From Eledone cirrhosa (Eukaryota), in the NCBI GenBank assembly GCA_964016885.1, contig OZ024750.1, positions 33,046,001 to 33,110,000 of the forward strand: a DNA stretch of 64,000 nucleotides. Reading direction: 5' to 3'. This document shows positions 55,957-64,000 of the stretch, in pieces. The translations under genes and the position numbers were made by a program. The notes under the pieces were generated by a model. That model saw only the letters and a program-made list of their open reading frames with translations. It ran no database searches and was not told where the DNA came from. Position 1 is the first letter of the stretch; every line of letters starts with the position of its first letter.

Positions 55957-56590
55957 TTGTTTACAAACACACCGAGCATTATAATAAATGTTCGGTGAAT
56001 CCATACGTACATATATATATGTATGCATGTATGTATATATATATACATACTACTGTACGTCTGTATACATAGATGTATGTACGTATACATACTTATATTT
56101 AAGTAACTGCCGTACTAAGAGTGAGAAATGAAATTTCGTTTCATTTTTTCCGTTTATCGTTTTCGGTGCACCCGGCCGATTAACTCACTCGATATGCAAA
56201 TTAGGCTGCTCAGCCGTTAATATGCATAAGGAAAGTATATACTTTCAGATGTTGAATCATCTGGCAGGAAGGTATACGTTGCTGACGATAGCTAATAAGC
56301 TTGAAACTAGTACAGCGTTTCTTTGTCAGGGTTGAACAAACGAGAAACGATGGTTGCTCGACACTACGGCTTAATTCGGGATGTTTGTTTACAAACACAC
56401 CGAGCATTATAATAAATGTTCGGTGAATCCATACATACATATATATATGTGTGCATGTATGTATATATATATATACATACTACTGTATGTCTGTATACAT
56501 ATATGTATGTACGTATACATACTTATATATAAGTAACAGCCGTACTAAGAGTGGGAAATGAAATTTCGTTTCATTTTTTCCGTTTATATA
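55957..56590. repeat. ~200-bp direct repeats (period ~428) flanking a hammerhead-containing unique segment
   Basis: 55957-56157 matches 56385-56587; inverted partial copy at 54461-54524. Confidence 0.85.
56276..56318 (+). ncRNA. Minimal type-I hammerhead ribozyme
   Basis: acgttg-CTGACGA-t-agc-taataa-gct-t-GAAA-c-ta-GTA-cagcgt: complete core, stems I and II pair, palindromic actagt, GUA cleavage triplet. Confidence 0.75.
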
Positions 56591-56833
56591 TATATAATTC
56601 AATCAAAAAGACACTATTTTATGTTTTGCCTCTATCCCCTTTTTTACAACCAAATCACATTGTATTGGAATATGTGTCAACTAGAGTACACCTTACTCAT
56701 CATACTAATGTGTCTCGTGATCCGCGTGTATAGTTTTTATTTAAATCTGTGACATTTCTATGTGATGTGTAATTACACATTATTTGTAGTGGACCAAGAA
56801 AAATTGTTCAGAGAAAAATCTCTAGATATACTA

Positions 56834-56874
<41 letters not shown>

Positions 56875-57502
56875 TAATAATATGAAACCTGTGTACTTTA
56901 TTAGCATTCCCTTTGTGTGAATATGTAGGTTGAGTGAAAGACTAATTAGAATGGTATCTTTCAATTACTGATAAGAAAACCTGAATGCCATACATGAAAA
57001 AACTGAAAGGAAAACATCACAAGAAATCTACGACATCAAACGAAGTGTTCAATACAACAATAATTCAGCGACAGTAATAAATATTCAAATCAACTTTCTC
57101 ATACCTACTTAGTCTTATTATGCTTTTGATGAGGAACCTGTCCTAATTTTACAATCGATTTACTTTCTATATTTCTAAATAAAATAAAAACGATTTACAA
57201 TTTCATACAAATAAAACTAAGACATATGCGGTACATCGAATTACAATAAATTATATTGATTTGAACACTAGCAGTACTAAAGATGTTGAGATTTGTGTAT
57301 ATAGTAATAACAAAGAAACGTATCATCATTACATACAAGAAAGAATAACATCACATGACTAAGGAATAATTAAATCAATAGCGAAACATACATGCCTAAA
57401 GAAAAAGATTCAGATATCTGAAATGTATTAGACATTGTAAGGTGATGAAGCACGACGTAATGAATCGTACTATTGATATACAAACACCTACATGTACACA
57501 GG

Positions 57503-58158
<656 letters not shown>

Positions 58159-58712
58159 CTCACACACAAGCACACAACGCACATGCAGTTGATGACTCTA
58201 CTCTGCACATATACATACACATACACCACCACAAGAAAATGACTAACACATACACGTTCGTACAATCAGACAAATATACACCACACTTCCACCATATCCT
58301 GCTCTCATCTCAGATGAGAATATTTCCCCTCTAAGCCAGTTATTCATCACCCACCACTAAATTTCTATTCTTCTGTTCCTGTCTTCCTATGTCTTCCTAT
58401 TTCTTCCAAAAGGTTAAACACAATCTTATCATTCATTTTAAGCGTTAAACTAAAATCTATCATAATAATAAATTATTTAAATTGTTGTCATTAAAATAAT
58501 ATTTTTGATTCATATTTATATTTTTTTCCCACGAGTCTTGATGTGAAATCGTGTGTTGAAACAGGTAGATTGTTGAATTGAAATAGAACTAGAAGCTTCG
58601 CCGTAATAATTTTAACTTTATAAAATAGTCTAATAATAAGGCGTATACATCCACTGAATGGGAAAAGGTGGAGTTATATACCCCATTATTAAACTATATT
58701 ATTTAGTGAAAA

Positions 58713-59108
58713 GCGCGGTGGGTTGGCACTATCGGTAGAGAGTCGTACGCCATGCTTTGACATAGAGTTACGGCCCTTGCGATTCTGATTTCAAATCCCG
58801 CCGAGGTTAACTTTGCCTTTCACCCTTACGGGGTGGATAAAATAAAGTACCAGTAATGCACTGGATAATTGCTGGCCTTGTGCCAAAACTAGAAACAATT
58901 ATTTAGTCAAAAGGGCGGTGGATTGGCAGTATCGGTAGAGGGTCTGACGCCAGGCTTTGACGCATAGAGTTACGGCCTTTGCCATTCTGAGCTCAAATCC
59001 CGCGGAGGTTAACTTTGCCTTTCATCCTTACGGGGTCGATAAAATAAAGTACCAGTAATGCACTGGATAATTGCTGGCCTTGTGCCAAATGTAGAAATAA
59101 TTATTTAG
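58713..59108 (+). mobile_element. Two SINE family A copies head-to-tail
   Basis: ~58713-58905 and ~58913-59108, both ending attatttagtcaaaa; further copies at ~59286-59500 (+), ~59638-59760 (-), ~53762-53866 (-), ~37450-37540 (+). Confidence 0.85.
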
Positions 59109-59878
59109 TCAAAAATGTTCTGGCGAAGCTCTTATTTCTTTTTAAATTCAAAACTTTGCTTGTCGCATTCCAAACACACTTCCTTTCTTTGGATATAATT
59201 ATATTTTGGGAGGGTCATGCTACCAATATATAAACACACGCACCAGTTGTGTTTAACTTCAGTTTATCATTACTAGAGCAAATTAGGCGGTGAATTGGCA
59301 TTATCGGTAGGGCGCCGGGCAACTTGGTTGCTGACATAGAGTTACATACCTTTATGTTCTGATTTCGAATCCCGTCGAGATCAGTGTTTCCTCTCATCTT
59401 TAAGCGGTCGGTAAAATAAAGTACCAGTAACGCATTGGAGTCTATTTAATTGACTTTCTCATTCCCCACAATTGTTGGCGTAAATCAGAAACCATAATTA
59501 TTTGAGTAACTCACCCCTTCATCGGTTAGTTTAGTCACATTATTGAGTTATATAGAACAAAATGGGAAGAGAGAGTAAACAACCACCTGGTCAATAAACT
59601 AACCCATGGATGGATTAGGTACGCAACTATTAATGGTTGCAGATTTAGGCACAATCGCAGGGGTAAGTCGATGAGATCGATCCAAGTGTATTACATGTAC
59701 TTTATTTTATCCACTCTGTAAGAATGAAAGGCAAAGTTAACCTCGGCGGGACTTGAACTCAATTAGAGGGAAAGAAAGGAAACTATTTTGATGTCTTTTA
59801 TTTTTTGGAGTTATGGTCAAATTTCGACCTTGAATGGTTAGGTAGCGCTTTTGTTACATGTATGAACATAGATAAATA

Positions 59879-60427
59879 CCATATATGCCGGCGTACAAGT
59901 CGACATTTGGAGCCTAAAAATATTTCTCCACAACCAGGGATCGACTTGACCGCCAAATATAAAATGTGAACCTTTACCACCGAGGAATAAACAGTGAAAC
60001 TGCCTGCCTAACACACGTTGTGCACCACTTACCATAACCCTAGAAGCCCACCATAATTATTTCCTACTGAATCTCATATTTGTTAAGTCTATTTAACGTA
60101 GGGATTATAATAATATCCATGACTTGCCGTAGATCATAGGGTAGGTTACCATAGGGTAGGTTACCATAGGTTAGGTTACCATAGGTTCATTAAGGTCAGG
60201 CTGGTTTACTCACTGAGTTAGACACATAGCCCTGTTTATTTCAATGTTTTATATTTTGTGCAAATGAAAAAAATGGCAAGCGCATCGAGGGTTGGGGAGA
60301 TGGTACTGCCTTATTATTTTTTTGAGGGTCGTCATATCCGGTGAATAGAAGCCTAAACCGGAATTACATCTCAGAATTTTAGGGGTCGACCTATGCGCCG
60401 GATCGACTTATACGCCGGTATATGCGG
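59879..60427. mobile_element. TA-flanked MITE (Tc1/mariner-pogo type), ~550 bp
   Basis: TA|ccatatatgccggcgtacaagtcga ... tcgacttatacgccggtatatgcgg|TA imperfect ~25-bp TIRs; subterminal gtcgac motifs; internal ccatagggtaggtta repeats. Confidence 0.75.
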
Positions 60428-60648
60428 TACTATAATATAATAAAAAATAATATATCTATAGCTATATGTTTTTGTGTGTATGTATATATGTATATATATG
60501 CTTATATATATATATATTTATATATATACATATACATATACATATATATATGCATATGTATATACATACTTATATATATATATGCATTTATATGCATATA
60601 TATATATATATACATATATGCATTTATATACATACACATATATGTAAT

Positions 60649-60816
60649 AAACATCATAAGACAATTAATTCATTTACCAATGGTTTCTTGAAGATATTGA
60701 AACTTATGTCAGTCTTCATTCATCAGAAAAGTTTTTTTCTGATTAATGAAGACAGACATAATTTTCAAGCTCTTCAAGAAACCATTGGTAAATGAATTAA
60801 TTATCTTATGTTGTTT
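60649..60816. repeat. Imperfect palindrome, ~82-bp arms
   Basis: aattaattcatttaccaatggtttcttgaaga...tcttcaagaaaccattggtaaatgaattaatt centred at ~60732. Confidence 0.9.
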
Positions 60817-60887
60817 GTTGCTCAAAAAGGTCTGTAGCCTACATAGAGAACTCTCATTTCCTTTAGCTTTCCTACGGAAATACTTCA

Positions 60888-60888
<1 letters not shown>

Positions 60889-60951
<63 letters not shown>

Positions 60952-60953
60952 TT

Positions 60954-60984
<31 letters not shown>

Positions 60985-61131
60985 GCATATATATACATAC
61001 ATATGTATATATATATATATATATACATACATGCATATATATACATATGTATATATATATATATGTATGTGTGTGTATATATATATATATATGCATATAT
61101 ATATACATAAATATTTATATACATATTTATA

Positions 61132-61169
<38 letters not shown>

Positions 61170-61435
61170 CATGCATATATATACATACATATGTATATAT
61201 ATATATATGTATGTGTGTGTATATATATATATATATGCATATATATATACATACATATTTATATACATATGTATGTGTGTGTGTATATATATATATGCAT
61301 ATATATATACATACATATTTATATACATATTTATATATACATATTTATATACATACATATTTATATACATACATATTTATATACATATTTATATATACAT
61401 ATTTATATACATATTTATATACATATTTATATACA

Positions 61436-61479
<44 letters not shown>

Positions 61480-61830
61480 TATATATATATATATATATAA
61501 TTATATACATATATATATATACATAATTATATACATATATATATATACATAATTATATACATATATATATATACATAATTATATACATATATATATACAT
61601 ATATATATACATATATATACATATATATATATACATATATATACATATATATATACATATATATATATACATATATATACATATATATATATACATATAT
61701 ATACATATATATATACATATATATATACATATATATATATACATATATATACATATATATATACATATATATATATACATATATATATATACATATACAT
61801 ATATATATACATATATATACATATATATAC

Positions 61831-61904
<74 letters not shown>

Positions 61905-61966
61905 TTACATATATATATATATATATATATACATACATATATATATATATATACATATATATATTC

Positions 61967-62007
<41 letters not shown>

Positions 62008-62017
62008 CATATATATA

Positions 62018-62059
<42 letters not shown>

Positions 62060-62094
62060 TATATATATATATACACACATATATATATATATAT

Positions 62095-62137
<43 letters not shown>

Positions 62138-62227
62138 TATATATATATATATATACACACACATATATATATATATATACACACATATATATATATATAC
62201 ACACATATATACATATATATATATACA

Positions 62228-62268
<41 letters not shown>
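60889..62268. repeat. Compound (TA)n/TACA microsatellite
   Basis: Direct inspection. Confidence 0.96.
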
Positions 62269-62270
<2 letters not shown>

Positions 62271-62686
62271 TCGGAATTATACATTTCATCTAAGGCTTCT
62301 TTTTTGTTCAACGTGTTCCTACCTAAATCTGTTTTACACCTGATAAGATTAATAATTTGGAAATTATTTGAAAGTCGGTGAGAGGTATCTAATATTTTCC
62401 TGCTAACAAGAAGCCAAATGAAGTCTGAAGATTATGTTTCCTGCATATGATAAGAGGTCTGGTTTTGAATCCATTGCGATGTGTGTTACAATGTTGACGT
62501 CAAACATGTGACAAAACACAATAAATTCTACTCAATGCTCCTACCTCACAATACAATTTGTAAAGAACGATTTCGCTTTCAAAACCACATCCTGATTCAC
62601 TGTGTATATTCCTCCTTAGTATATTATATGCTGCTACACATACAGACACACACACAGCTGAACTCATGCATTCATACACTCACACA

Positions 62687-62721
<35 letters not shown>

Positions 62722-63023
62722 CAACAAGAAATTGATTAACATAAAATAAACATATGAAACAATCACAGGTGATAATTTTTACAAGTGTGTAAGCACACAT
62801 AGCTAGATAGGTAACTAAATAAAGTTAACTAAAACTTCAAAAATAGATACCTTATAATATGATTAATCTTCCATGTATATATTCCTTTAAAGAAATATAT
62901 TTCACCAATTAATCGATTGGTAAACGACGGAGGTCGGTACTTGGATTCTCAACAAGGAAGAAGTCCAGCGATCTGGCATGACACCCATAATTTTGATTTA
63001 GATTAAATTCATCTTGATTTATC

Positions 63024-63057
<34 letters not shown>

Positions 63058-63864
63058 CAGTTCCTCAGAGAAATAACAACACAACCAGGAGCTGGACATA
63101 TCGATGTATTGACGGAGTAAAACACACTTCAACAACATGTGCACATGTCTCTACCACACCAATTCGGACTGCCTGAAGCGGACACAGCCAATGATGGCTG
63201 TCACCGAAATATATATAGCAGTATATCTATACGTTACAATAAACGAAGCCAAATTTTACCTATTTGACTTAATTATTTTATTTTACATTACAAACAAACC
63301 AGCCTGCGTACTGCGTCGAGTGCTCCCATCTGCACACTGAGTGTCGGTAAACAACCACATGTACTTAAAATATATATATATATATATATATTCACACTTA
63401 CACACACATCTATATTTATATATTATATATCGATATCTATATCTATGTCTATCTATCTATATATGCGTGTGTCTGTGTGTGTGTGTGTGTATGTAACTAT
63501 ACATATATATATACTTATGGTTATGCATATATAACTCTGTGTGTGTGTTTGGTATGGCTGTATCTGTGATTTTGTGTGTGAGTGTATGAATATATATGTA
63601 TATGTTTTATATATATGTTTTGCAAGAATCTTTAAGTGTGGGGTTGATGTGAAATTATTGAACCCTGTTACATATTGATGACCATTTTGCCAATTTTTTC
63701 TTATAAAAACATATACTATTCAATTTTACTTCAGCTTTAGTTCGTCAAAATTCTTTTGTCACATTCTGTGACCTCCTAAATTACATTTGTTCTTCTCCGT
63801 GTCTCCTCTTACATTTGTCTTAATCCCTTTAATCAATCTTTTACCTCCCCTCTTCATATATATG

Positions 63865-63981
<117 letters not shown>

Positions 63982-64000
63982 CTAGAGAGTGAGAGAGAGA

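Overview
AT-rich, repeat-dense eukaryotic DNA with no confidently identifiable host gene. Very long (TA)n tracts and the dominant tRNA-SINE family suggest a mollusc, probably an octopus-type cephalopod (inference). Nearly all 'YIYIYI' ORFs are microsatellite artefacts. The main feature is a ~10 kb group-2 Helitron-like (Helentron/Helitron2) element at ~25.75-35.35 kb. Its ~2,400-aa ORF is broken by only one frameshift and two point stops. It reads: 2A-like NPGP motif, 19-aa repeats, Cys-rich region, HUH/Y2 Rep, PIF1 helicase, then a C-terminal USP-type (C19) deubiquitinase with an intact catalytic triad where Helentrons usually carry an AP endonuclease. Next to it is a 1.1 kb foldback element with 175-bp inverted arms enclosing a PHD-finger/LINE-ORF1-like fragment. 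Elsewhere are Penelope-like terminal-repeat remnants in (TA)n tracts forming long palindromes and carrying minimal type-I hammerhead ribozymes, many SINEs, RTE/CRE LINE fragments, a deleted mariner, a TA-flanked MITE, triplicated canonical Helitron 3' ends and several minisatellites. All calls are by eye; boundaries of degraded repeats are approximate.
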